24,000 bases of DNA from Streptomyces sp. NPDC059740 (GCF_042733155.1 NZ_JBHWGP010000001.1:544177-568176), one strand, 5' to 3'. Positions 8,861-19,130 are shown, numbered from the stretch's first letter. Numbers and translations are program-made. Notes: generated by a model not told the origin, from the letters alone.

Positions 8861-9940
8861 TCACCCGCAGAACGCCTCCCGCACGGCCTCGTAGTGCCCG
8901 GTCCACCAGACGGCGAGCGCGGCGACGGCGGGGAAGAGCGGGTCGGCCCGCCGGTCGCCGTGGCGGTAGCGCCACTGGAGTGTCCAGAAGTCGTTGAGCC
9001 GCTCCCACCAGACCCGGTGGACGGCCTCGGCCACCTCGTCCGGGTCAGCTCCGGCGGCGTCGCGGTACGCGGTGGCGTAGCGGCGCACCCGCGGGAGGTC
9101 CAGGGTGCCGCAGGGGCGGACGAAGAAGATGGCCGCGGCCCGTACCGCCTCCTCGGCCCGGGGGGCGACGCCCAGCCGGTCCCAGTCGACGATCGCGGCG
9201 GGCTCACCCTTGCGGTAGAGGAGGTTCAGCGGGTGGAAGTCTCCGTGGACCCAGCTCGTGACCGGCGCGGCGGGTGGGCCGGGGCGCCGGTGGCGGTGGG
9301 CCTCCAGCAGGGTGCGGCGTTCGGTGAGCCGGTGCTCGGCCAGCTCGTCGAAGCCGTCCCGGGGGCGGGCCCGGCGTACCAGGTGGAGCAGGGCGTCGAT
9401 CTCGCGCCGGGTGTGCCGCGGGTCGGCGCAGGGGGGCGGGGCCGTCGCGACGGCGGTCGCCGTCGCCTCGCCCGGTTCGCAGGCCATGGCCTCGTCGAGC
9501 GCGGTGTGGACCCGGCCCAGGAGCGCGCCGAGCCGGTGGCACTGGGCGGGGGAGAGGTCGGCGCCCGCGAGGTGCCGGCCTGCCACCCAGGGGTGCAGGG
9601 CGTAGCAGGCACCGGCCACCACGGTGACGGTCCGGCCGTCGGCGGAGGTGAGCGGGGGTGCGACGGGCAGCCCGAGCAGGTGCAGGCGGTGGGTGGCGCG
9701 GTGCTGGCGGTGGAGGGTGGGGCCGTCGCCGTCGAGGTGGTGTTTGAGGAAGTACCTGCCGCGGGTGGTGGTCAGGCACCAACCACGGTTGAGCAGGCCC
9801 TCGGCGATCGAGGTGCAGGTCAGGGGCTCCCCCAGCCGCGGATGGTGGCGCAGCAGCGCGTCGAGCAGGGGTGCACGCTCCGGCGCGGGCGGCGGTGAGG
9901 GGGCGTGCGTCACCGCACGGCTGTCGGACGGGCACGGCAC
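8861..9940 (-). CDS. Phosphotransferase of the APH/choline-kinase (aminoglycoside phosphotransferase-like) family
   Basis: The catalytic-loop region WVHGDFHPLNLLY and the metal-binding motif IVDWD are present. GC3 is high. The start is uncertain: GTG at 9940 and GTG at 9913 both lack an obvious SD. Confidence 0.82.
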   Translation of the reverse strand: MPCPSDSRAVTHAPSPPPAPERAPLLDALLRHHPRLGEPLTCTSIAEGLLNRGWCLTTTRGRYFLKHHLDGDGPTLHRQHRATHRLHLLGLPVAPPLTSADGRTVTVVAGACYALHPWVAGRHLAGADLSPAQCHRLGALLGRVHTALDEAMACEPGEATATAVATAPPPCADPRHTRREIDALLHLVRRARPRDGFDELAEHRLTERRTLLEAHRHRRPGPPAAPVTSWVHGDFHPLNLLYRKGEPAAIVDWDRLGVAPRAEEAVRAAAIFFVRPCGTLDLPRVRRYATAYRDAAGADPDEVAEAVHRVWWERLNDFWTLQWRYRHGDRRADPLFPAVAALAVWWTGHYEAVREAFCG

Positions 9941-10179
9941 GCTTGGGATCGTAGAGGTGCGGGGGGTAAGGGGAGGCCCGGGAGGCAGCCCGACGGCGAG
10001 CGGCAGCGGCCGGAAGCGGAGCGGTTTCCTCCGCCCTCACCGCCGCACGCGGTGGGCGGGCGGCGGTCACGGACTCTTCCCGTCCCCCGCATCGGCCCTA
10101 TAACGTGCCGGTGTCCCAGACCCTTGCGAGGCTGTGACCAGCAGGTGTTCCCGCCCCCCGCCAACTACTCGGAAATCCA

Positions 10180-10233
10180 AGCAAAATCCCAGGTCAGAGT
10201 TGGTTTTGCTGGAGCGACGGCAGTGGGTAACGT
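10180..10233 (+). promoter_or_regulatory. AT-richer patch upstream of the dehydrogenase operon, with an imperfect inverted repeat and a sigma70-like hexamer pair
   Basis: agcaaaa (10180-10186) and ttttgct (10204-10210) form an inverted repeat. TTGCTG (10206-10211), a 16-nt spacer and TAACGT (10228-10233) lie about 145 nt upstream of the GTG at 10379. This rests on pattern match only. Confidence 0.25.
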
Positions 10234-10378
10234 GCAACTGCAGGCCGGTCCCTGGGGCTCTTGGTTCCACCCGGATTCGCCAGCGTTCGCACCCACCCCG
10301 TGCGCCGTACCGAACCGGGCGAGCCCGCAACACGGCCACCGGTGGACCCCGGGGGCCGTACAGACGGAGGAGCAGCAC

Positions 10379-11557
10379 GTGACCGTGGAGAGCACTGCCG
10401 CGCGGAAGACACCGCGACGCGGCGGCAAGCGCGCCGCAGCGAAGGGGTCGGCCCCGACCCCGGCGGCGGCCCAGGAGCAGGACCAGCTCGTCCAACTGCT
10501 GACCCCGCAGGGGCAGCGCGTCGAGCACCCGGAGTACAGCGTCGACCTGAGCCCCGCGGAGCTGCGCGGCCTGTACCGCGACATGGTGCTCACCCGGAAG
10601 TTCGACGGGGAGGCCACCACCCTGCAGCGCCAGGGCGAGCTCGGACTGTGGGCCTCGCTGCTGGGCCAGGAGGCGGCGCAGATCGGCTCCGGCCGGGCGC
10701 TGCACGATCAGGACTACGTCTTCCCCACCTACCGCGAGCACGGCGTCGCCTGGTGCCGCGGGGTGGACCCGACCAACCTGCTCGGCATGTTCCGCGGCGT
10801 GAACCACGGCGGCTGGGACCCCAACAGCAACAACTTCCACCTGTACACCATCGTGATCGGCTCGCAGACGCTGCACGCGACCGGCTACGCGATGGGCCTG
10901 CAGAAGGACAACGCGGACGCGGCCGTGATCGCCTACTTCGGCGACGGCGCCTCCAGCCAGGGCGACGTGGCGGAGTCCTTCACCTTCGCCGCGGTCTACA
11001 ACGCGCCGGTGGTCTTCTTCTGCCAGAACAACCAGTGGGCGATCTCCGAGCCCACCGAGAAGCAGACCCGCGTCCCGCTCTACCAGCGGGCCCAGGGCTA
11101 CGGCTTCCCCGGCGTGCGGGTCGACGGCAACGACGTGCTGGCCTGCCTCGCGGTGACGAAGGCGGCCCTGGAGCGGGCCCGGGCCGGCCAGGGCCCGATG
11201 CTGGTGGAGGCCTTCACCTACCGGATGGGCGCCCACACCACCTCCGACGACCCCTCGCGCTACCGCAGCCAGGAGGAGCAGGACGACTGGGCCGCCAAGG
11301 ACCCCATCGCCCGCCTCAAGACCTACCTGCTGGCCGAGGGCGCCGTGGACGACGCCTTCCTCGCGGCGGTGGACGAGGAGGCCGAGGCGCTCGGCAGGCG
11401 GGTGCGCGAGGCGGTGCGCTCGATGCCCGACCCCGACGACATGGCGATCTTCGACAACGTGTACGCCGACGGGCACGCGCTGGTCGACGAGGAACGTGCA
11501 CAGTTCGCCGCGTACCAGGCGTCCTTCGCCGACGCGGACTCCGCGGAGGTGAAGTGA
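10379..11557 (+). CDS. bkdA: 2-oxoacid (branched-chain alpha-keto acid/pyruvate) dehydrogenase E1 component, alpha subunit
   Basis: GTG at 10379 is preceded by ggagga about 8 nt upstream. The TPP-binding motif GDGASSQGDVAESFTFAAVYNAPVVFFCQNNQWAIS is present, along with YRMGAHTTSDD. The gene is followed by E1beta and E2 genes. The bkd versus pdh assignment is an inference from actinobacterial operon organisation. Confidence 0.9.
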   Translation: MTVESTAARKTPRRGGKRAAAKGSAPTPAAAQEQDQLVQLLTPQGQRVEHPEYSVDLSPAELRGLYRDMVLTRKFDGEATTLQRQGELGLWASLLGQEAAQIGSGRALHDQDYVFPTYREHGVAWCRGVDPTNLLGMFRGVNHGGWDPNSNNFHLYTIVIGSQTLHATGYAMGLQKDNADAAVIAYFGDGASSQGDVAESFTFAAVYNAPVVFFCQNNQWAISEPTEKQTRVPLYQRAQGYGFPGVRVDGNDVLACLAVTKAALERARAGQGPMLVEAFTYRMGAHTTSDDPSRYRSQEEQDDWAAKDPIARLKTYLLAEGAVDDAFLAAVDEEAEALGRRVREAVRSMPDPDDMAIFDNVYADGHALVDEERAQFAAYQASFADADSAEVK

Positions 11558-11559
11558 TC

Positions 11560-12543
11560 ATGGCGGTCCTGGAGAAGACCACGATCGCGAAGGCGATCAA
11601 CGCGTCCCTGCGGGCCTCCCTGGAGGCCGACCCGAAGGTCCTGGTCATGGGTGAGGACGTCGGCAAGCTCGGCGGCGTCTTCCGGGTCACCGACGGCCTG
11701 CAGAAGGACTTCGGCGAGGACCGGGTCATCGACACCCCGCTCGCCGAGTCCGGCATCGTCGGCACCGCCATCGGCTTGGCCCTGCGCGGCTACCGACCGG
11801 TGGTGGAGATCCAGTTCGACGGCTTCGTCTTCCCCGCGTACGACCAGATCGTCACGCAGCTCGCCAAGATGCACGCCCGCTCGCTCGGCACGGTCAAGCT
11901 GCCGGTCGTCATCCGCATCCCCTACGGCGGCGGCATCGGCGCGGTCGAGCACCACAGCGAGTCGCCGGAGGCGCTGTTCGCGCACGTCCCCGGCCTGAAG
12001 TGCGTCTCGCCCGCCAACCCCGAGGACGCCTACTGGATGCTCCAGCAGGCCATCTCCGGCGACGACCCGGTCATCTACTTCGAGCCCAAGCGCCGCTACC
12101 ACGACAAGGGCCGCGTCGACACCGAGGCGATCCCCGCCCCGCTGCACGCCGCGAAGGTGGCGCGCGCCGGCACCGACCTCACCCTGGTGGCGTACGGCCC
12201 CATGGTGAAGACCTGCCTGGACGTCGCGAAGGTCGCCGAGGAGGAGGGGCGCTCGCTGGAGGTCCTGGACCTCCGCTCGATCTCGCCGCTGGACTTCGAC
12301 GCGATCCAGGCCTCGGTGGAGCGCACCCGCCGCCTGGTCGTCGTCCACGAGGCGCCGGTCTTCCTCGGCTCGGGCGCGGAGATCGCCGCCCGCATCACCG
12401 AGCGCTGCTTCTACCACCTGGAGGCGCCCGTCCTGCGGGTCGGCGGCTTCCACAGCCCCTACCCGCCGTCACGGCTGGAGGACGAGTACCTGCCCGGGCT
12501 GGACCGGGTACTCGACGCAGTCGACCGCGCGCTGGCGTACTAG
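11560..12543 (+). CDS. bkdB: 2-oxoacid dehydrogenase E1 component, beta subunit
   Basis: ATG at 11560 lies 2 nt after the E1alpha stop. The sequence MGEDVGKLGGVFRVTDGLQKDFGEDRVIDTPLAESGIVGTAIGLA...EIQFDGF...HSESPEA is typical of E1beta. Confidence 0.93.
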   Translation: MAVLEKTTIAKAINASLRASLEADPKVLVMGEDVGKLGGVFRVTDGLQKDFGEDRVIDTPLAESGIVGTAIGLALRGYRPVVEIQFDGFVFPAYDQIVTQLAKMHARSLGTVKLPVVIRIPYGGGIGAVEHHSESPEALFAHVPGLKCVSPANPEDAYWMLQQAISGDDPVIYFEPKRRYHDKGRVDTEAIPAPLHAAKVARAGTDLTLVAYGPMVKTCLDVAKVAEEEGRSLEVLDLRSISPLDFDAIQASVERTRRLVVVHEAPVFLGSGAEIAARITERCFYHLEAPVLRVGGFHSPYPPSRLEDEYLPGLDRVLDAVDRALAY

Positions 12544-12560
12544 AGGGGGCTGAGAGAGTC

Positions 12561-14060
12561 ATGACCATGACCGCGAGCACACAGGGCGCCCAGCGCGTCC
12601 GCGAGTTCAGGATGCCGGACGTCGGCGAGGGCCTCACCGAGGCGGAGATCCTCAAGTGGCACGTCGCCTCCGGCGACACCGTCACCGACGGCCAGATCGT
12701 CTGCGAGGTCGAGACCGCCAAGGCCGCCGTGGAGCTGCCCATCCCCTTCGACGGGGTGGTGCGCGACATCCGCTTCGACGAGGGCACCACGGTGGACGTC
12801 GGCACGGTGATCATCTCGGTGGACACCCGGCCCGGGGACGGGGACGAGGCAACCGCGGCTCCGGCCCCGGCCGCCGCCGAGGCCGGAGCCGAGGACGAGG
12901 ACGCCGAGCCGCAGGGCCGCCAGGCCGTCCTGGTGGGCTACGGCGCCGCGCCCTCCTCCACCCGGCGCCGCCCGCGCCGTCAGCAGGCCGCGGGCGCCGG
13001 TTCGGCGGCCGTGCAGGCCGAGCTGAACGGCTCCCCGGACGCCCCGAAGGCCCCCGTGGCGCCCCCGGCGCCCGCCGTCGAGGCGCCCGCCCCGCAGGTC
13101 CCGGCGCCGGCCGCGCCTCCGGTCCAGGCGACCGGGGCCACCGGGGTACGGCCGCTGGCCAAGCCCCCGGTGCGCAAGCTGGCCAAGGACCTGGGCGTCG
13201 ACCTGGCGTCCGTGGTGCCGACCGGCGCCGAGGGCGTCGTCACCCGCGAGGACGTCCACGCCGCCGCCCAGGCGCTGCGGGAGCCGGCACAGGCACCCGC
13301 GGCCGAGGCCGCCGCGTCCGGGCCGGGCACCGCCGCACCGCAGGGGGACCTCCTCGCCGCCCGGGAGACCCGGGTCCCGGTGAAGGGGGTCCGCAAGGCC
13401 ACCGCGCAGGCCATGGTGGCGAGCGCCTTCACCGCCCCGCACGTCACGGAGTTCGTCACCGTGGACGTGACGCGGACGATGAAGCTGGTCCAGGAGCTCA
13501 AGCAGGACCCGGACATGGCGGGGCTGCGCGTCAACCCGCTGTTGCTGGTGGCCCGGGCCCTGCTGGTCGCGATCCGCCGCAACCCGGAGATCAACGCGGC
13601 CTGGGACGAGGAGAACCAGGAGATCGTCCGCAAGGACTACGTCAACCTGGGCATCGCCGCGGCCACGCCCCGCGGCCTGGTCGTCCCCAACATCAAGGAC
13701 GCCGGCACCCTGACCCTGCCGCGGCTGGCGGCGGCCCTGGGCGACCTGGTGACGACGGCCCGCGAGGGGCGGACCGCCCCCGGCGACATGTCGGGCGGCA
13801 CCGTCACCATCACCAACGTCGGCGTCTTCGGCGTCGACACCGGCACGCCCATCCTGAACCCGGGCGAGTCGGCGATCCTGGCCTTCGGCGCGGTCAAGCT
13901 GCAGCCCTGGGTCCACAAGGGCAAGGTCAAGCCGCGCCAGGTGACCACTCTGGCGCTCTCCTTCGACCACCGGCTGGTCGACGGCGAGCTGGGCTCGAAG
14001 GTCCTCGCCGACATCGCCGCGGTTCTGGAGCAGCCCAAGCGCCTCATCACCTGGGTGTGA
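12561..14060 (+). CDS. bkdC: Dihydrolipoamide acyltransferase E2 component (lipoyl domain, E3-binding domain, catalytic domain)
   Basis: ATG at 12561 follows gagagag. The lipoyl domain reads FRMPDVGEGLTEAEILKWHV...CEVETAKAAVELP. An Ala/Pro linker follows. The subunit-binding domain reads RPLAKPPVRKLAKDLGVDL. The catalytic motif is SFDHRLVDG. Confidence 0.93.
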   Translation: MTMTASTQGAQRVREFRMPDVGEGLTEAEILKWHVASGDTVTDGQIVCEVETAKAAVELPIPFDGVVRDIRFDEGTTVDVGTVIISVDTRPGDGDEATAAPAPAAAEAGAEDEDAEPQGRQAVLVGYGAAPSSTRRRPRRQQAAGAGSAAVQAELNGSPDAPKAPVAPPAPAVEAPAPQVPAPAAPPVQATGATGVRPLAKPPVRKLAKDLGVDLASVVPTGAEGVVTREDVHAAAQALREPAQAPAAEAAASGPGTAAPQGDLLAARETRVPVKGVRKATAQAMVASAFTAPHVTEFVTVDVTRTMKLVQELKQDPDMAGLRVNPLLLVARALLVAIRRNPEINAAWDEENQEIVRKDYVNLGIAAATPRGLVVPNIKDAGTLTLPRLAAALGDLVTTAREGRTAPGDMSGGTVTITNVGVFGVDTGTPILNPGESAILAFGAVKLQPWVHKGKVKPRQVTTLALSFDHRLVDGELGSKVLADIAAVLEQPKRLITWV

Positions 14061-14079
14061 CAACCGCTGGACGTGAGAG

Positions 14080-14113
14080 CCCGCCCCCGGAAGGCCCCCC
14101 TTCCGGGGGCGGG
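14080..14113 (+). terminator. Perfect 15-bp GC hairpin with a 4-nt loop after the E2 gene (operon terminator candidate)
   Basis: cccgcccccggaagg (14080-14094), loop cccc, ccttccgggggcggg (14099-14113). It lies 20 nt after the stop. There is no strong U-tract, which is common in Streptomyces. Confidence 0.7.
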
Positions 14114-14200
14114 GTCGTTCCGGTACCGGACGGCCTCCGTCCCCGCAGCGCGACGGCCCCGCGGCCCCCCGGGCCGACCGGGCCACTGTTGGATGGAGGC

Positions 14201-15692
<1,492 letters not shown>

Positions 15693-15800
15693 GGGCCCAC
15701 CGGCCATCCCCCACTCACCACCTGAGGTCTCCCTTCCCGGGGCCGCCACCCGAGGCCCCCAGCGAAGCCACCCAGGACCTTCGCCGGAAGCCCTCCTCCC

Positions 15801-15872
15801 CAGAAGCCACCCGAATTCCAGAACCACCCGAAGTCCAGAACCACCCGACGTCCCAGAACCCGTCCGACGTCC
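15801..15872. repeat. About 18-bp tandem repeat, 4 copies (cagaaccacccgaagtc-like), intergenic
   Basis: Units lie at 15801-15818, 15819-15835, 15836-15853 and 15854-15872. Unit lengths of 17-19 bp are not multiples of 3. Confidence 0.8.
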
Positions 15873-15974
15873 CCCTCCGACTCCGGACGCCGACCGGCCT
15901 TCTCCGGCTTTCACCCGGCTTCCCCTCCGGACTCCCCCTCTCCCGGCCAGACAACGGCTGAGAGGACTCGCCTG

Positions 15975-16071
15975 CGGTGCCAGCGGTGACAGCGTTGCAG
16001 CGGTGACAGCGGTGACAGCGGTGCCAGCGTGACAGCGATGCCAGCGGTGACAGCGGTGACAGCGGTGGCAG
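15975..16071. repeat. 9-bp tandem repeat array, about 11 copies (gcggtgaca consensus, two 8-bp variants), intergenic upstream of gntR
   Basis: The array reads gcggtgcca gcggtgaca gcgttgca gcggtgaca gcggtgaca gcggtgcca gcgtgaca gcgatgcca gcggtgaca gcggtgaca gcggtggca. The 8-bp variants break any reading frame, and one frame contains TGA in each unit. Confidence 0.9.
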
Positions 16072-16206
16072 CCGACGGTACGGGGGTGGTGCGCCGGGGG
16101 TGTGTGCGTCGCGGGTGCGACCTCTGCGCGGGCGGGTGAACCGGCAGCACCATCCGTCATACGGACTACCGGTGGTACGAAGAGCTGTTGTATCTATCCT
16201 GTACGC

Positions 16207-16887
16207 ATGTCCACTCCCGCCACCTCCGCCGCCGCGCCCGTGGCACCGGTCAAACCGCCGCCCGCAGCCGAACGCGTCTACGCCCACGTCAAACAGGCCC
16301 TGCTCGACCGCCGGTACGAGGGCGGCATGCTGCTCACCGAAGGTGAGCTCGCCACCGCGGTGGGGGTCTCCCGGACACCCGTGCGCGAGGCACTGCTCCG
16401 GCTGGAGGTCGAGGGCCTCATCAAGCTGTACCCGAAGAAGGGCGCCATGGTCCTGCCGGTCTCCGCGCAGGAGATCGCCGACGTGGTCGACACGCGCCTG
16501 CTGGTGGAGGAGCACGCCGCGCGAAGGGCCGTACCCGCTGCCGAGTCGCTCCTGACGGAACTCGAAGCACGGCTCACCGAGATGCGGGACCACTCGGAGG
16601 CCGGCGACCTGGCCGCGGTGTCCGTCGCGGACCGTCACTTCCACGCCGCCCTCGTCCGCAGTGCGGGCAACCGCATCCTTGACCGCCTCTACGAGCAGCT
16701 GCGCGACCGGCAGCTCCGGATGGGGATCGCCGTGATGCACGCCCATCCCGACCGGATCGCCAAGAACATCACCGAGCACGGCGAGATCCTCCAGGCACTG
16801 CGGGACGGTGACGCGGAAGCCGCCGTGGACGCCGTCCACCGGCACGTGAGCTGGGTGCGTCATCTCGCCCGGGGGGAGGACCGATGA
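16207..16887 (+). CDS. GntR-family transcriptional regulator, FadR subfamily (winged HTH plus FCD domain)
   Basis: ATG at 16207. The HTH region reads LTEGELATAVGVSRTPVREALLRLEVEGLIKLYPKKGAMV. The C-terminal helical FCD-like domain contains DRHFHAALV and EHGEILQAL. The upstream 35 codons of ORF 16102 are rejected. Confidence 0.9.
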   Translation: MSTPATSAAAPVAPVKPPPAAERVYAHVKQALLDRRYEGGMLLTEGELATAVGVSRTPVREALLRLEVEGLIKLYPKKGAMVLPVSAQEIADVVDTRLLVEEHAARRAVPAAESLLTELEARLTEMRDHSEAGDLAAVSVADRHFHAALVRSAGNRILDRLYEQLRDRQLRMGIAVMHAHPDRIAKNITEHGEILQALRDGDAEAAVDAVHRHVSWVRHLARGEDR

Positions 16888-18203
16888 GCAACACCAGCAC
16901 GACGCCGCCGTGCAGCCTGCCCGGTGACCCACCCGGTGGGCGCCGCGCGGTAGCGGTCTGGGGCATCGGCGTCGCCGTCTACTTCGTCGCCATCACCTAC
17001 CGCACCAGCCTGGGGGTCGCCGGCCTCGACGCCGCCGCACGCTTCCACATCAACGCCTCGGCGCTGTCGACCTTCTCCATACTCCAGCTCCTGGTGTACG
17101 CGGGCATGCAGATACCCGTGGGCCTGCTGGTGGACCGCCTCGGCACCAAGCGGGTCCTGGTTCTCGGCATCGTGCTCTACACGGTGGGCCAGTTCGGCTT
17201 CGCCCTCGCCGCCTCCTACCCCGCCGCCCTCGTCTCGCGGGCCCTGCTCGGCTGCGGTGACGCGATGACGTTCATCAGCGTGCTGCGCCTGGGGTCACGC
17301 TGGTTCCCCGCACGGCGCGGCCCGATGGTCGCCCAGGTCGCCGCCTTGATCGGCATGGCGGGCAACCTCGTCTCCACGCTCGTACTGGCGCGCCTGCTGC
17401 ACCAGTTGGGGTGGACCACCACCTTCGCGGGCAGTGCGGTCGGCGGACTGCTGGTCCTGGCCCTGGTGTTGCTCTTCCTCAAGGACCACCCGGAGGGGTA
17501 CGCGCCGGCACCGGTCGAGCGCGCCACCCACGAGAAGGGTTACGTGCGCGGCCAGATCCTCGCCACCTGGCGGGAGCCGGGCTCCAGGATGGGGATGTGG
17601 GTGCACTTCACCACGCAGTTCCCGGCCATGGTGTTCCTGCTGCTCTGGGGCATGCCGTTCCTGGTGGAGTCCGAGGGCCTCTCCCGGGGCACGGCAGGCG
17701 AGTTGCTGACACTGATCGTGGTGTCCAACATGGTCGTAGGGCTCGTCTACGGCCAGGTCATCGCCCGCCACCACGCCGCCCGCACTCCGCTGGTGCTCGG
17801 CACCGTCGGCGCCACGGCGTTGATGTGGGCGATCGTGCTGGCCTGGCCCGGGGCGCACGCACCGATGTCCGTGCTGGTGGCGATGTGCGTGGTCCTCGGC
17901 GCCTGCGGTCCCGCCTCCATGATCGGCTTCGACTACGCCCGGCCGGCCAACCCTCCGGAGCGCCAGGGCACCGCCTCGGGCATCGTCAACATGGGCGGGT
18001 TCACCGCGTCGATGACGACGCTCCTCGCGGTGGGCCTCCTCCTCGACGCCACCGGCGACAACTACCACCTGGCGTTCCTCGTGGTGTTCGTGCTCCAGGC
18101 ACTCGGCGTCGGCCAGGTCCTGCGGCTGCGCCCGCAGGCCGCCCGCCGCGAGCGGGAGCGGATCGTGGCCAGCCGCGTGGAGACCGTGCACGTGCCCGCC
18201 TGA
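16884..18203 (+). CDS. MFS transporter, translationally coupled to the GntR regulator
   Basis: ATG at 16884 overlaps the gntR stop (ATGA, 4-bp overlap). The protein has about 12 hydrophobic segments. The MFS loop motif GLLVDRLGTKRVL is present. Confidence 0.9.
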   Translation: MSNTSTTPPCSLPGDPPGGRRAVAVWGIGVAVYFVAITYRTSLGVAGLDAAARFHINASALSTFSILQLLVYAGMQIPVGLLVDRLGTKRVLVLGIVLYTVGQFGFALAASYPAALVSRALLGCGDAMTFISVLRLGSRWFPARRGPMVAQVAALIGMAGNLVSTLVLARLLHQLGWTTTFAGSAVGGLLVLALVLLFLKDHPEGYAPAPVERATHEKGYVRGQILATWREPGSRMGMWVHFTTQFPAMVFLLLWGMPFLVESEGLSRGTAGELLTLIVVSNMVVGLVYGQVIARHHAARTPLVLGTVGATALMWAIVLAWPGAHAPMSVLVAMCVVLGACGPASMIGFDYARPANPPERQGTASGIVNMGGFTASMTTLLAVGLLLDATGDNYHLAFLVVFVLQALGVGQVLRLRPQAARRERERIVASRVETVHVPA

Positions 18204-18212
18204 ACGCCCGGC

Positions 18213-18243
18213 GCCGGCGCGGAGGTTGCTCCTCCGCGCCGGC
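18213..18243. terminator. 13-bp-stem GC hairpin between convergent genes
   Basis: gccggcgcggagg (18213-18225), loop ttgct, cctccgcgccggc (18231-18243). It lies 10 nt after the MFS stop. Confidence 0.6.
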
Positions 18244-18308
18244 CCGGCACACCGCCCCGCGACCGTCCTCCGCGCCTCCGCCCGGCCGGGCGGGCGCGGG
18301 ACGGGCCG

Positions 18309-19130
18309 TCACGGCGTGACGGCGAAGTTCTCCAGGATCGCGGCGCAGAGGGCCTCGTCACCGTCGCACTTGACCTGGTCGGTCACCGCGGCTGCACGCA
18401 CCCGCCCCGCCGCCAGACGCCCGTAGGTCTCCCAGTCGGTGGTGATGGTGGCCAGCGGGCCGAGGGAGACGCTGCCGTCGATGGTGCCGTTTCCCTGCTC
18501 GTCCACGCGCACGGTGCGCATGAACTCCACCGGGCCGCTCACGTCGAAGACGACTGCCGAACCGGCCGGTGCACCGGCGTCCTTGGCGACGACCTTGGGC
18601 AGGCCGCGCAGGAAGGTGTCCCGTGCCACGTAGGCACCGGGGGAGTCGAGGCTGCCGGGCTTGCCCAACGCCCGGCGAAGGTCCTGTTCGTGCACCCACA
18701 CGTCGAAGGCGCGCAGCCACAGCGCCTCCTCAAGCGTCCGCTCCCCGATGGGGCTGCGCACCACGGCGTCCGGCGCGCGCTTCTCCTCACGCAGCTGACG
18801 GGACCGGCGGATGACGGTGTACTCCAGCTCGGCCAGCATCTCGGGGGCGGTGTGGTGCCGGCGGACGTCGACCTGCACCTCCATGTAGCGGGCGAACTCG
18901 CTGCGGACGTGGTAGAGGTCGCGGGGCAGGCTGTGTATGGGCCGCGGGTCGCCGAGCGCCTCGCACTCCAACCCGATGATGTGGGAGACGACATCGCGTA
19001 TGGACCACCCGGGGCAGTCCGTTGCCCGGTTCCACTCCGGCTCGGCAAGCGGTGTCACCAACTCGGTGACCGCCTCGATGGAGTGGGTCCAGGCGTCGAT
19101 GGAGGACTGGAGGCTTGGGTGGACGGTCAC
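18309..19130 (-). CDS. Maleylpyruvate-isomerase-family mycothiol-dependent enzyme (DinB/MDMPI_N domain plus SCP2-like C-terminal domain)
   Basis: GTG at 19130 follows gagggg. The N-terminal signature W...ATDCPGWSIRDVVSHIIG is typical of the mycothiol-dependent TIGR03083-type family. GC3 is high. Confidence 0.85.
   Translation of the reverse strand: MTVHPSLQSSIDAWTHSIEAVTELVTPLAEPEWNRATDCPGWSIRDVVSHIIGLECEALGDPRPIHSLPRDLYHVRSEFARYMEVQVDVRRHHTAPEMLAELEYTVIRRSRQLREEKRAPDAVVRSPIGERTLEEALWLRAFDVWVHEQDLRRALGKPGSLDSPGAYVARDTFLRGLPKVVAKDAGAPAGSAVVFDVSGPVEFMRTVRVDEQGNGTIDGSVSLGPLATITTDWETYGRLAAGRVRAAAVTDQVKCDGDEALCAAILENFAVTP

Noticed and set aside
9905-10378. N-terminal extensions of track ORFs upstream of the chosen starts. 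These are 9905-10378 for E1alpha, 2328-2567 for bpa, 6547-6852 for kinase 1, 19961-20713 for DUF567, 16102-16206 for gntR, 14790-14966 for rpf, 10261-11559 for E1beta and 12000-12560 for E2.
   Set aside because: The extensions are Arg/Pro-rich and lack homology-like sequence. Several overlap neighbouring genes or the riboswitch candidate. The internal starts have SD sequences and coincide with the beginning of recognisable domains.
15975-16071. The possibility that the 9-bp repeat array is a CRISPR array or a coding (SGD/AVT)n repeat.
   Set aside because: The units are only 8-9 bp and directly abutting, with no spacers, and no cas genes are present. The 8-bp variants break every reading frame, and one frame has a TGA in each unit.
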